Positions 27,045 through 39,300 of a DNA stretch of 64,000 bases are shown piece after piece. Source of the DNA: Lytechinus pictus. Its lineage: Eukaryota. Below the pieces are notes generated by a model that had not been told where the DNA came from, ran no database searches, and was given only the letters and a program-made list of their open reading frames with translations. Made by a program: the position numbers and the translations under genes. Position 1 is the first letter of the stretch; the number at the start of each line of letters is the position of its first letter. Location of the stretch: positions 620,001 through 684,000 of the forward strand of contig NW_026974146.1 of assembly GCF_037042905.1 (NCBI RefSeq), in the 5' to 3' direction.

Positions 27045-28204
27045 AAAAAAAAAAAAAAAAAAGATTATTTCTTTTAGGGAGACTTTTCGTCTTGTATGCA
27101 TTTGATATAGTGTGATTAATATTATATAATGTTTGACATACTTTTTTGCATGTTTAGCTTACTGTAGTAAGCACTTAATTTCATTTTGAATTACATGCAT
27201 TTACCGCAGATAGCAACTGTTATTGCATGGAATGTGGGGAAGATATTGTATTTTTGTGTTTTATCTTTGTTTCAAACATTATGACATTAATCGTGGGGAA
27301 GATGTTGTAAATTGGATTTTCCTTGTGTAATGTTTCTCTAAAAGAAAACCTAGTTAAAAGAATACTATGTTTTATTTCATTTCAGCACATGTAGCATTTG
27401 AATATAATGTATAAAATATTTCAGATTATAACTGCAAACTTTATCTTTAGTACTCTTTCTCCCTCTCTGTACTTCAACCAACTTTGACTTACTCTTTCCC
27501 TCTCTGCTCATTGGCTAATTCTTTCCCGCCTTTTTAGGAGTAGCAGTAATGCAAATTCATGTACCCCCTATAGGGATGCTTTTGTACTGTGATGTGCACC
27601 GTTGCACTTTTATTGTTAGCTAGGGAGAGAGTCCAGTGACTCATGACACTGGCAGTAGCAAGGGCATTCCCACTGTTTGTTGTTGAGGAGGAGACTTGTC
27701 CCTACAGAAGATTAATTTTGAAGTATAGAAGAATTCTGCAAGGACTTCTCTCCATTTACTTTAGATGTCGCAGCAAAGCGGAATTAGTGTCTGACCGAGG
27801 CTGTTTTCCTTTGGTCAATAAAAGAACCCACTGAAACCTCAGCCCTTGTGAGTCGTGTCCGTGTTGTGTGGTCGTCGGCGTGAACCCTTTCAGAGTGTTG
27901 GCTATCATGATATATAACCTACAGTATTCTCAAAACAAATTTGTATGATTACAAGTTTCCCCGAAGCCTCTAATATATTCTACATGAACCATCACTTTTC
28001 TATTCAAATAACTTTCTCTGGCCTCAGCCAATACAGATCAATGTAAACTAATCACAATTTCTGAACATGAAAATCGAGACATTTCACGTGGAAAAGTTGA
28101 CATGGAAACTTATTATGATTCACATTCATTTTAAAAGTATATTTTAAACAAGGCAAAAGCGATTTTGTGTCTCGCCCACTTATGAAAATAACCAGAAATA
28201 TCGT

Positions 28205-29354
28205 GCTGCAGCATCACATGCAGGTCCACCAAGTCCATCTACCATCCAAGTTTAGTTGAAAAGCGACTTAGCGAGTTAGGTTTCATAAGAGAGTCTTGCA
28301 TTACGTTTGCGGAGTTAGGTGTCATAAGAGAGTCTTGCATGTAAACTTTAACATTGACCTAAAAAATGACCTTTGACCTTATCATGTGACCTCCGACTGC
28401 AGCATAACATGCAGGTCTACCAAGTCCATCTACCATCCAAGTTAAGTTGAAAAGCGACTTACGGTTGCGGAGTTAGGTGTCATAAGAGAGTCTTGCATGT
28501 TAACTTTAACGTTGACCTGAAAATGACCTTTGACCTCATCATGTGACCTCCGACTGCAGCATAACATGCAGGTCCATCTACCATCCGAGTTTGGTTGAAA
28601 AGTGACTTACGGTTGCGGAATTAGGTGCCATAAGAGTCTTGCATGTAAACTTTACCGTTAACTTGAAAATGACCTTTGACCTTATCATGTGACCTCCGAC
28701 TGCAACATAACATGCAGGTCCACCAAGTCCATCTACCATCCAAGTTTGCAGAGTTAGGTGTCATAAGAGAGTCTTGCATGTAAACGTTAACATTAACCTG
28801 AAAATGACCTTTGCCCTAACCATGTGACCTCCGACTGCAGCATCACATGCAGGTCCACCAAGTCCATCTACCTTCCAAGTATGGTTGAAAAGTGACTTAC
28901 GGTTGCGGAGTTAGGTTTCATAAGAGAGTCTTGCATTACGGTTGCGGAGTTAGGTGTCATAAGAGAGTCTTGCATGTAAACTTTAACATTGACCTAAAAA
29001 TGACCTTTGACCTTATCATGTGACCTCCGACTGCAGCATAACATGCAGGTCCACCAAGTCCATCTACCATCCAAGTTTAGTTGAAAAGCAACTTACGGTT
29101 GCGGAGTTAGGTGTCATAAGAGAGTCTTGCATGTAAACTTTAACATTGACCTAAAAATGACCTTTGACCTTATCATGTGACCTCCGACTGCAGCATAACA
29201 TGCAGGTCCACCAAGTCCATCTACCATCCAAGTTTAGTTGAAAAGCAACTTACGGTTGCGGAGTTAGGTGTCACAAGAGAGTCTTGCTTGTAAACTTTAA
29301 CGTTGACCTGAAAATGACCTTTGACATTACCATGTGACCTCCGACTGCTGCATA
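28205..29354. repeat. ~157-bp tandem satellite, about 7 copies, containing TGACCTTTGACCT
   Basis: The unit 'catgcaggtccaccaagtccatctaccatccaag...' recurs, e.g. at 29042 and 29199. Confidence 0.92.
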
Positions 29355-29592
29355 CACTTAGCAAATCAAAGTCAAAACCTTGGATAACAAAAGAAATAAA
29401 GAAGATGATCACAAAGAAGCACAATTTATTCAGGCGTGCAAAGTCTTCAAATAACATAGACTGGGAAAAATTCAAGGCCATCCGCAATGATACAAAGAAT
29501 GAGATCAACGTGAGCTACTGGATGTATGTTAATACCAACAAACGTAGAGGGCAGCAACACACATCAGTGTTGCTTTTAGGAAGGTCCACTCC

Positions 29593-30809
29593 GCTCAGAT
29601 TTTGTGACCACTTAAGCTCCGCCCCTCACTCAGCGCACTTTTTTGGTAGATTGTAGAGATTATTTTTGTTCGTTTGTCCAATTTTACTATTTTTTATGGT
29701 AACTGAAAACTCCACGAAATAATGTTAAATATTACTTTATAAATGAACATTAATTTTTTTTTAAAAGTAAGACAAAACGTAATCATGATTCTTGTAGTTT
29801 GCACATCAATAAAAATACATAGTCTGATGACATTGTATTACCGTTTTTCTGCTTAATTTTGCTGCCCCTACCAAAGCTACACCAGCCAACACGAGAGCCA
29901 ATACCTTGATCTTCTAGCATAGCCGCGCCGAAACTTCCCAGGACACATCGGTGCGCGTACTGCGCAAAGGCAATGCTGGCCGCACTAGCAGGACTGGCAG
30001 GATATCTCGACGCTACTCGACATAGCCAGATATGGACTTGAACGATATGGACTTGACATTGATGTGGCACTAACTGCCAGTTGCAACGGTAAATGTTCAA
30101 GGTTAGTATCCTAATTTTCCCTTAGAGTGTAGATCGGAGTCTGAAAATATAAAATAATTACGTGATATCCACAACTTTTTTGCAACCCATCAGGCAGAGA
30201 TCAAATACGGGCACCAGCCATGCTCAAGCCCAAGCAAGTCCTAGACTAGACTAAAGTTAGACCTAATTAACAGACCAAAATTGTCTGGTCCAGTATCGAG
30301 CCATGCATGTATGTTTTGACGGGCCTTGACTTGTGAACTATCAAGAGGCGAAGGTATATGTCACAGCTACTTTTTTCATTCTATAATTTCATCCAAATTT
30401 GTGTTAGCATGCACAAATACCAGCCAACCGTATCCTATACCTCCGCACCGACCGGCCGGCCGGGGCACCGGCGCGGTCAGCCATGGCGCTTACACTCAAG
30501 CGATGGCTGCCATTGGATTGTGTAGGCGCATTGATGTGGTGCAGCGAAATTTAGATGAAGAATGTTCAACCTCACGTATAATTGTTATCATATTGATATG
30601 CGAAAGTCATAAAATTGTTATCATCATCACGTAATATTTTACGAAAAATACAGAAATTAATATTGAATATTTTTAAGCGTGATATTTGTTGTAAAAATCT
30701 TTCAAGTAAAAATGTTGAAAATGAGGAAATGAAAAAAATTCAACTCTACAATTTACTAAAAAAGTGCGCTGAGTGAGGGGATGAGCTTAATAGCGGTCAC
30801 AAAATGAGC
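29593..30809. mobile_element. Non-autonomous TIR element (~1.2 kb)
   Basis: Imperfect ~50-bp TIR GCTCA..TTTTGTGACC..TTAAGCTC..CCCCTCACTCAGCGCACTTTTT. Confidence 0.65.
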
Positions 30810-30922
30810 TTGACTAATTCGGGGTGAAATTAGCAGATTGGTTTATTTGATAGCGGAATTCAATCCTGTTTACCGAAGAATTAAAAAAACATAAAACAAA
30901 AATCTAGTAATATCTTTAATTT

Positions 30923-32035
30923 AACAAGATGAATGCCTCTGGCCGTCTCACCTGCATCACGCGATTCAATATAGCAGCAGTGCTGATTTTGAAAACTACT
31001 ATAACTCGCACAAGATGTTCAGTGATACTTGGTTACTCTTATTTCCACGTTTCATGAACTAGACCCATACACTTATAGAAATATGATGGTAATTCAACAA
31101 ATACCCCCAACGTGGCCAAAGTTCATTGACCTTACATGACCTTTGACCTTGATCATGTGACCTGAAACTCGCACAGGATGTTCAGTGATACTTGATTACT
31201 CTTATGTCCAAGTTTCAAGAGAAAGATCCATCAACTTTCCAAGTTATGATGGTAATTCAACAGATACCCCCATTATGGCCAAAGTTCATTGACCTTTGAC
31301 CTTGGTCATGTGACCTAAAATGCGCAAAGGATGTTCAATGATACTTCATTACTCTTATGTCCAAGTTTTATGAACTAGACCAACACACTTTCAAAGTTAT
31401 GGCGGTAATTCAACAAATACCCCAATTTGACCAAAGTTCATTGACCCTAAATGACCTTTGACCTTGATCATGTGACCTGAAACTTGCACAGGATGTTCAG
31501 TAATACTTGATTACTATTATGTCCAAGTTTCATGAATCAGATCCATAAACTTTTAAAGTTATGATGGTAAATCTACAGATACCCCCAATTCGGCCAAAGT
31601 TCATTGACCCTAAATGACCATTGACCTTGGTCATGTGACGTGAAACTCATGCAGGATGTTCAGTGATACTTGATTAACCTTATGTATAAGTTTCATGAAC
31701 TAGGTCCATATATTTTCTAAGTTATGATGACATTTCAAAAACTTAACCTTAGGTTAAGATTTTGATGTTGATTCCCCAACATGGTCTAAGTTCATTGACC
31801 CTAAATTACCATTGACCATGGTCATGTGACATGAAACTCAGGCAGGATGTTCAGTAATACTTGATTAACCTTATGGCCAAGTTTCATGAACTAGGTCCAT
31901 ATACTTTCTAAGTTATGCTGTCATTTCAAAAACTTAACCTCAGGTTAAGATTTGGTGTTGACGCCGCCGTCGCCGCCGCCGCCGTCGGAAAAGCGGCGCC
32001 TATAGTCTCACTCTGCTATGCAGGTGAGACAAAAA
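30923..32035 (-). mobile_element. Helentron-type element with ~160-bp tandem repeats (family shared with 54733-55593)
   Basis: subTIRs GTCTCACCTGCAT / ATGCAGGTGAGAC, CTTGTT end, about 6 repeat units. Confidence 0.75.
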
Positions 32036-33499
32036 TGTGGTACATTTTTTGTCAATTGTTTTTAGGTGGTCTGTCTATGACAGATCACCTCTTAATTTCG
32101 TCAGAATTTTTCTTTATTTTTATTATTTATTTTTAATGGCTATATTTGTCGCCAAGATATCTCGAATTTGACTGTGTCGATTTAATTGAATTTCAAGGCA
32201 TCTATAGGGTCTGTCATGGAAACGCCAAAATAAGCTTTTCAAGGTCATCAAGTCATGATGACGTCATCTTGTAAAATCACATTATCAATCATATCTCCAT
32301 TATCGATTATCAAAAATCAATCAAATTTACATGACATAAACTTAAGATTAAGGGTCATCAGGTCATATCATCAAAGGTCACCCAGAGGTCACGACGCGTG
32401 CGTCAAAATTTCAAAATGCTCAAAATCACTTTTTGACCAAAACAGAGTACGTTACAGGTCATTTTAAGCATTTCAAAAAATTGCGCGCGCAAACGTATGC
32501 GTGCGCGTTTCCGCGCATAATGCCTTAACGCAAGTCAGAAACACCGTTTTTTTATATCGTTGCATTGATAATATAATTTTGAGCAATTTGATACCTTGAT
32601 CAACCTTCTACGACCATTAATAAGGAAATTAACACCCGTTAAAGTTTGCAGCACGTGTGCGCGCGAGCTCTCACTATAGGCCATATATGGGCAAAAACAT
32701 GCCTATAGAAAATCCGCTGTAGCTCTTCAGAACGCATGGGGACCCCCAATTTTTTTTTCATATTTTGATAGAGTATGAATTAGAAATATAATTTCATGTC
32801 TCATTTGACCCTCAATTATATTATGACGTCATCAAAATGGCGTCGGAAGTCAAAATATCCATTTTGCGTATTATGATGTCATTATAATTATGCAAATCTG
32901 GCTCTAACCGTGAATATTGGTCAATTTTCACCCAATTTTTGATATGTTGTAGCTTAGGTCTTACTCTTTCTGAGTAATTGCCTTTATTTTTCATTTTGAT
33001 AAACAGATCATCCTCAAAAATTGCAAATAATAAAGGCATGTCATTTTTACTCATTTTGCGTGTAATCTCTATGGGACATGACTTTTTCTCAAAACTAGAT
33101 TCTTCTATTTCGTAAGCCATATCTCCAATTTTTGTTGCCAGTTATCCCTGAGCTTTTAGTATGTTGTAGCTGAGATTCTAAGCTTTCGATATTTACCCTT
33201 CATTTTCCGATCAGATGCCGGGATCATGCCCGTATTTCACTTGCAAGATTGGATTTGAGATTCTCGTGTTTTGCTTACGTGTAAAGTCTATGGGAAATAT
33301 TCTAGCTCAATCGGTTAGGCGTCAGACTTGCTTCTCATTCCATCATGCGGGCAGGGGTTCGAGTCCGCGGGTGAACATGATTTTTTTTAAATTTTTTTTT
33401 TAGCTATCTTGCCCACAATCAATTATAAGAATTCTAACAAATAATAGCTAAAATATTGCAAAATGAAACAGATTATAATTACTTTTTTTTTATATATCA

Positions 33500-33785
33500 T
33501 ATCTATTTATCTGTCTGTCTATCTACCTACATGACATATCTATCTCTCTGTCTAATATATATCTATATGTTTGAATATGTCCCTCTCTCTCTATCCATCT
33601 ATCTGCCTGTCTCTATCTATCTATCTATCTATCTGTCTATCTGTCTGTCTGTCTCTCTATCTATCTATCTATATGTCTGTCTCTCTATTTATCTATATGT
33701 CTGTCTCTCTATCTATCTCTGTCTCTCTATCAATCTATATGTCTGTCTCTGTATCTATCTATATGTCTATCTATCTATCTATCTA

Positions 33786-33819
<34 letters not shown>

Positions 33820-33902
33820 TGTCTCTCTATCTATCTATATTTCTGTCTCTCTGTCTATCTATATGTCTGTCTATCTATCTATCTATATATATATATATAT
33901 AT
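33500..33902. repeat. (TATC)n/(TGTC)n/(TA)n microsatellite; continues at 43688-43940
   Basis: Directly visible in the sequence. Confidence 0.95.
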
Positions 33903-34234
33903 TGTCACGCATTTTGGTTGATGTTCCGATATTCTCTTGTTATGTTTATGTATATAATTCCATTCTTATGCTTTAATTAGTGTTTATTATATTAAATTGT
34001 ATTCGACTCATTTATGCAATGAATGTCTTGCTAAGATAAATTGTGAATGTCACTTTCAACTTGCCCAGTAACCTGCACACAGCCAAGCCCTCTCTTATAC
34101 TGTAAATTGCTCATGGTCAAACTCTTCTGGTCTGTCCACTCTGTATTCTCTTTGGCTTTCCTTCGTCTTCCAGAAATTGCTAACAATGCATCTCCCTTCT
34201 TTGCGACCTTGCATCTACTTTCAGAAGTTTTACT

Positions 34235-34398
34235 CTCCTCACTTTCTCTTTCTAGTGACTTTCAACCCTCCTCACTTTCTCTTTCCAGTGACTTTCAACC
34301 CTCCTCACTTTCTCTTTCCAGTGACTTTCAACCCTCCTCACTTCTCCTTCCAGTAACTTTCATCCCTCCTCTCTTTTCCCTTTCCAGTGACTTTCAAA
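34235..34398. repeat. 33-bp tandem repeat (~5 copies) in LTR U3; also at 42748-42911
   Basis: Unit CTCCTCACTTTCTCTTTCCAGTGACTTTCAACC. Confidence 0.9.
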
Positions 34399-34630
34399 CA
34401 TGTGTAGTTCTCTTTAACCTTGCGACTACTTTCAGAAACTTGTTCTTGTTTATTACCTTGGCTGCACATTTATGTTCAGTAACTCCCTCCGCTTTCTCTC
34501 TCCTCACTTCGACTTTGCCCTGCCCTTCAGACTTCTCTCCCTCAACTCCTAATGTCCGAACTCCTAGTTTAACCTTGTGGTCAGTGTATTGGTCGTTATG
34601 TGCTTATTCTATTACTTGTTGGAATGATTT

Positions 34631-34666
<36 letters not shown>

Positions 34667-35175
34667 GAATCTGGGTTTTCGCTGTGTGCTGGGGATGACC
34701 TTCATGCTATGTCCAGAAAGTGTATATAAGTGAGCAGCATCTCAGTCAAGTTTAGTTCAGAGTTTTAGAGTTTAGTTTTTAGAGTTTTCCTTATGATCCC
34801 AGTCTTACACGTATATTCGAGTTTTATTTCGAGAGTCTTTTCCGAGCATAGTCTTACATGTATTCCAGCTAAGTCGTCTGAGCCCAAGTTCAGTTCAGAA
34901 TTATCACAAGTTAAGTTCTTATAGTTGTTTCAGCATCGCTCGACGTTATCTCAGTTATCATATTCCATGTATCGCTGGAGTTTGTTTAATTGTCATCATC
35001 ACATACTCTGTTGCACCTTCATTAAGTTTTGAACAGTAATAAACTACTGAACTTTAATTTCCTGTGTAATGACTGTTATTCGCTTCGACTGTATTATTTA
35101 AGCTCTGGCCATCCTCGACATTTATCTTAGACTCTTATAGCGAGACTCGTAGGACAAACCGGGTCGTCGTTACAC

Positions 35176-35193
35176 TGGTGTCAGAAGTGGGAT
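35176..35193 (+). promoter_or_regulatory. Primer binding site, tRNA-Leu type (same 18-mer as element 1)
   Basis: TGGTGTCAGAAGTGGGAT, 1 nt after the LTR. Confidence 0.85.
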
Positions 35194-35229
35194 CTCATAC
35201 TTCAACACGTGCCTGTTTTAATAGCTAAT

Positions 35230-36345
35230 ATGTCACCTAGGAAGCGCAAGTCAGATCTGGAGCGGGAGATCCGTGAATTAAAGGCGGAATTAGCGAGTAC
35301 TAGAAAAATAATGGAGGAGAATGACAGTGTTAGTGGAGACGAACTAATTGATGATCACATCAAACAGCCCTACTCTCCCACTAGAGACTTTCACACCGGG
35401 GTTAAAGTGCAATTACCACCACAGGAGCCATATGATGGGATCAACCGTCCATGGGAGAGCTTCATCTCCTCATTTAAGAACTTGGCGACAACTTGTTGTT
35501 GGGATGCCGCTGAACAGCGTTTACGTCTGCTAGCATGCCTGCGTGGAGATGCGGCTGACTTTGTCTTCCAGCAACTTTCTCCAGCCATATTATCAGACGT
35601 TGCACAGCTGGAAAATGCTCTGGAAAATAGATTTGCTGCCAGAAAAACGCCTTCCACTTTTGTATCCCAGCTAGAGTTACGTCGGCTTGGACAAAAGGAA
35701 TCAATCGCCGACTATGCTGCGGATATTCGGCGGCTGACAACATTTGGATATGCAACAGCGGACTCGTCAACAAAAGAAATGATAGGAACTCGCCACTTCT
35801 TGCGGGGGCTCGGTGATAATTCGATGGCCATGGCCATTGGCATGCAAGAACCAGCGACTCTCCAGGAAGCTAGAGAAATAGCTGAGCGATTTCACAATCT
35901 AAGGGAGGAATCCGGAAGAGGAAATCGTCCAGTTAGAGCCATTTCTACAAGAGATGATGGAAATGACAAATTTCTCGAGTTGAGGGGTCGAATCCTGTCA
36001 ATTGATGAGAGGATCGACAAACTCACAAAATTGTTCGAGCAGCCTCGACTGGAACCAGACAACCAAATCAGGCAGCAGAGGGCACAACAGCAACCACGTG
36101 ATCGACCACCACTGCGTTGCTATAACTGCCAAAAGCTCGGTCATCTTGCCCGCAACTGCCGTTTTCCGCCGCGACATGGACCAGCTGTTCCCCAATATTT
36201 GCAGCCACCACCCCCACAGTGGCAACAAACTTTTCAGCCTCCACCACCTCAGCCATGGCAGCTGCAGCAACCCGCACATTTTCAGCCGCCACAACTTCCT
36301 CGACAGCAGGGAGTAGAAGCTCCAATTGATATTTCGGGAAACTAG
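35230..36345 (+). CDS. gag: Gag of LTR element 2
   Basis: CCHC knuckle CYNCQKLGHLARNC, Pro/Gln-rich tail; ATG at 35230; ends with G GGA AAC TAG. Confidence 0.93.
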   Translation: MSPRKRKSDLEREIRELKAELASTRKIMEENDSVSGDELIDDHIKQPYSPTRDFHTGVKVQLPPQEPYDGINRPWESFISSFKNLATTCCWDAAEQRLRLLACLRGDAADFVFQQLSPAILSDVAQLENALENRFAARKTPSTFVSQLELRRLGQKESIADYAADIRRLTTFGYATADSSTKEMIGTRHFLRGLGDNSMAMAIGMQEPATLQEAREIAERFHNLREESGRGNRPVRAISTRDDGNDKFLELRGRILSIDERIDKLTKLFEQPRLEPDNQIRQQRAQQQPRDRPPLRCYNCQKLGHLARNCRFPPRHGPAVPQYLQPPPPQWQQTFQPPPPQPWQLQQPAHFQPPQLPRQQGVEAPIDISGN

Positions 36346-39300
36346 GGAGGGCCGACCCCATCGACCAGGTCACGGCCCAAAATGTTGAACCAGGTCCCAG
36401 GATAATACGCATTGACAAAACAAACGGACTGACAGCGTATATTTCAGGCAGTGTGAATGGGGCCTCGTGTAAACTTTTGGTCGACTCTGGAGCGGCGGTG
36501 ACTGTTATGTCCACCAAGCTCTATGGAGAAATGCCAATAGCAACTCGCCCGGAATTAGTTACTTTATCCAGTCAAGTTCAACTTCAGTCAGCTGATGATG
36601 GAATTTTAAATGTTCATGGAAATATTGAAGCAACTGTGAATGTTGGAGGTAAGGATTTTTCTTGGACTTCATACATAGCAGACATAAGTGATGAATGCTT
36701 GATTGGATTTGATTTTATGCATCATTATAATTGTATTCTAGAAGCTCGACGCGGACTTCATATTGACAATCTATTAATCCCTATCGAAATTCAAGACTGC
36801 AATCAAGTAGGTGCAGTATATGTTAAATATGATATTGTTGTACCACCCAATTCGGAGTTCATAGTACCAGGAAAGGTAAATCAGTTTGACTCTGACTCTG
36901 GAATCTGTGCTATAATTGAGAAAACTGCTCATACATGTAACAAAGATGATCTTAATGTCGCATCTGTTCTAATTGATGTTACTCGGAATGATATAGACAT
37001 ACCAGTAAGAGTTGCTAATACATCAAATGAACCAATTAATCTTCGAGCTGGTATGCGAATAGCTTCTATCGAATTGATCGACAATGTATATATGTGTGAT
37101 ACCAATGCTATGAACAGTTCGAAACCCAGTATTCGTACAGTGAAAGCTGGTTTGAATGAGGACGTTCAATCGAACAGCTGGTCAGATGACTTGCAATCGT
37201 TATATCAGAAATCATGTGAAGGACTAGACCAGGATACACAGAATGAACTTTCTAAATTATTGGATAAACATTCATCTACATTTGCATCTTCTTCGACTGA
37301 TGTTGGGCGAACCTCTATTGTCCAGCATAACATTGACACTGGGGACGCAGTCCCAATCAAACAACGTCCCCGTCGGCCACCTCGAGCTTTCATTGACGAG
37401 GAAGAGAAAATAATCAAGACACAGCTTGAAATGGGCATCATTCGAGAATCAACGAGTGCGTGGTCGAGCCCGCTTGTGTATGTTCGCAAGCGTGATGGTA
37501 CGACGCGTCCCTGTGTTGACTATCGAAAATTAAATGACGTCACAAGAAAGGATGCATATCCATTACCTCGCATTGAAGACTGTCTAGATTGCTTAGGAGG
37601 TGCACAAATCTTCTCTACATTGGACTTACAGTCAGGTTACTGGCAAATAGACATTAAAGAAGAAGATAGGCACAAAACTGCATTTAGTACACGGACTGGA
37701 CACTATGAATATGTCACAATGCCATTTGGGTTATGCAATGCACCCAGCACTTTTGAGCGTGCAATGGAATTAATCATGAAAGGTCTGCAGTGGCGAACAT
37801 TGATCTTATATCTTGATGACATCATTGTAATGAGCTCAACTATTGACGAGCACATCAACCGTCTCGACGAGGTACTTGGACGCCTGGGAGAAGCCCGCCT
37901 TAAGCTAAAACCAAGTAAATGTCACCTTTTCCAGACACAGGTATCATATCTAGGACATATAGTCAGTGCATCGGGGATTAGGCCTGACCCTGAGAAGGTT
38001 GCCAAGGTTCGCGACTGGCCGACGCCGACGTCGATAGGTGATGTCCGTTCATTTCTTGGTTTGTGTTCATATTATCGCCGATTCATTCGCGGCTTCTCAT
38101 CGATAGCATCCCCTATGAATAAACTACTGGAAAAGTCCTCAAAATTTGTGTGGGATGATAACTGCCAATCATCATTTGACCAATTAAAAGATGCACTGCT
38201 GAGTGACAACGTCATGGCCTACCCCGACGACCATGGCATGTTCATTCTTGATGCAGATGCATCTTCGTCAGGAATCGGCGCAGTCCTATCTCAACTCCAG
38301 TGGGATGACGTCACTCAGAAGGAAGTTGAGAGACCGGTCGCCTTTGCTAGCCGGACATTAACAAGAACCCAACGCCGATATTGCACTACAAGACGTGAAT
38401 TGCTGGCAATCGTCTCGTTTGTTCGGCATTTTCGACACTACCTACTGGGGAAGAAATTCTTAATTCGAACTGATCATTCTTCCCTCAGATGGATCATGTC
38501 ATTTAGAGAACCCACAGATCAACTTGCCCGATGGATCGAGATCCTTAGCCAATTCGACTTCGACATCGAGCATCGCGTTGGCAGGAATCATGGCAATGCT
38601 GATGCGATGTCCAGAATTCCATGCGATCCTGAATCGTGTGACTGTTATGACAAGAATTCTATCATCGAACAATTACCATGTGGCGGGTGTACAACATGTG
38701 TCAAGCGGCACAAGGCCTGGTCGAAATTCTTCGACGAGGATGACGATGTCGTTCCTATTAGTGCCATGAAAGTACAGAGGACATGCGTGAAACCAATTAA
38801 TGACATTAGCACCCAAACACCGTCATCGAAACCAGAAGAGATACCCAGTCGTTCGAATCGACTGTATGATATCGTCGTCATGATGCTGGTCGTAGTCGAG
38901 CTCGTTGCAAGGATATTTTGTAGACTTCCGAAGATGATTTTAGAGTTTATCGTGTATGTTGCTGTTTTAGAGTTTAGAGGATTACGCTACATGAGAGATG
39001 TATTTAGTAGTATGTGGAGAGGGAATTGGCCATCCCCAATTAGAGTTTCAGTAGTAAGGAATATGAAATCGAGAAGGAAGTCGAGAAATAAACATTCTTC
39101 GGTAAATGTCAGAACAAATGATAGCCTGCCCTGCGCCTCGGAAACAGGTGCCTTAGCTGGAGAGAACTCTGGGCAGCAGGATGTTATACGTAATGACTTT
39201 GACCGAGAGACGTTAATGACAATGCAACGAGATGATCCCGACGTCGGTATCGTCTATAATTGGATTTCAGAATCTCAAGAAAGACCAAATCGAGCATTAG

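Larger units (their letters stand above)
20819..27892 (+). mobile_element. Gypsy/Ty3 LTR retrotransposon 1 (defective); 590-bp LTRs 20819-21408 and 27303-27892
   Basis: TG...CA LTRs with two mismatches seen, PBS at 21410, PPT gtggggaaga at 27293-27302, domain order gag-PR-RT-RH-INT, flanked by an 18-bp direct repeat. Confidence 0.97.

Noticed and set aside
28205-29354. CRISPR-like periodicity
   Set aside because: Whole units repeat with no unique spacers; this is a eukaryotic satellite.
33295-33375. tRNA gene
   Set aside because: A and B boxes are present but there is no convincing acceptor or anticodon stem; embedded in a repeat.
33456-33980. ORFs of 174 and 116 aa
   Set aside because: Translations of the (TATC)n microsatellite.
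34047-34733. 228-aa ORF, duplicated at 42560..43246
   Set aside because: It lies in the LTR, runs through the 33-bp and (CT)n repeats, is Ser/Leu low-complexity and has no recognisable domain.
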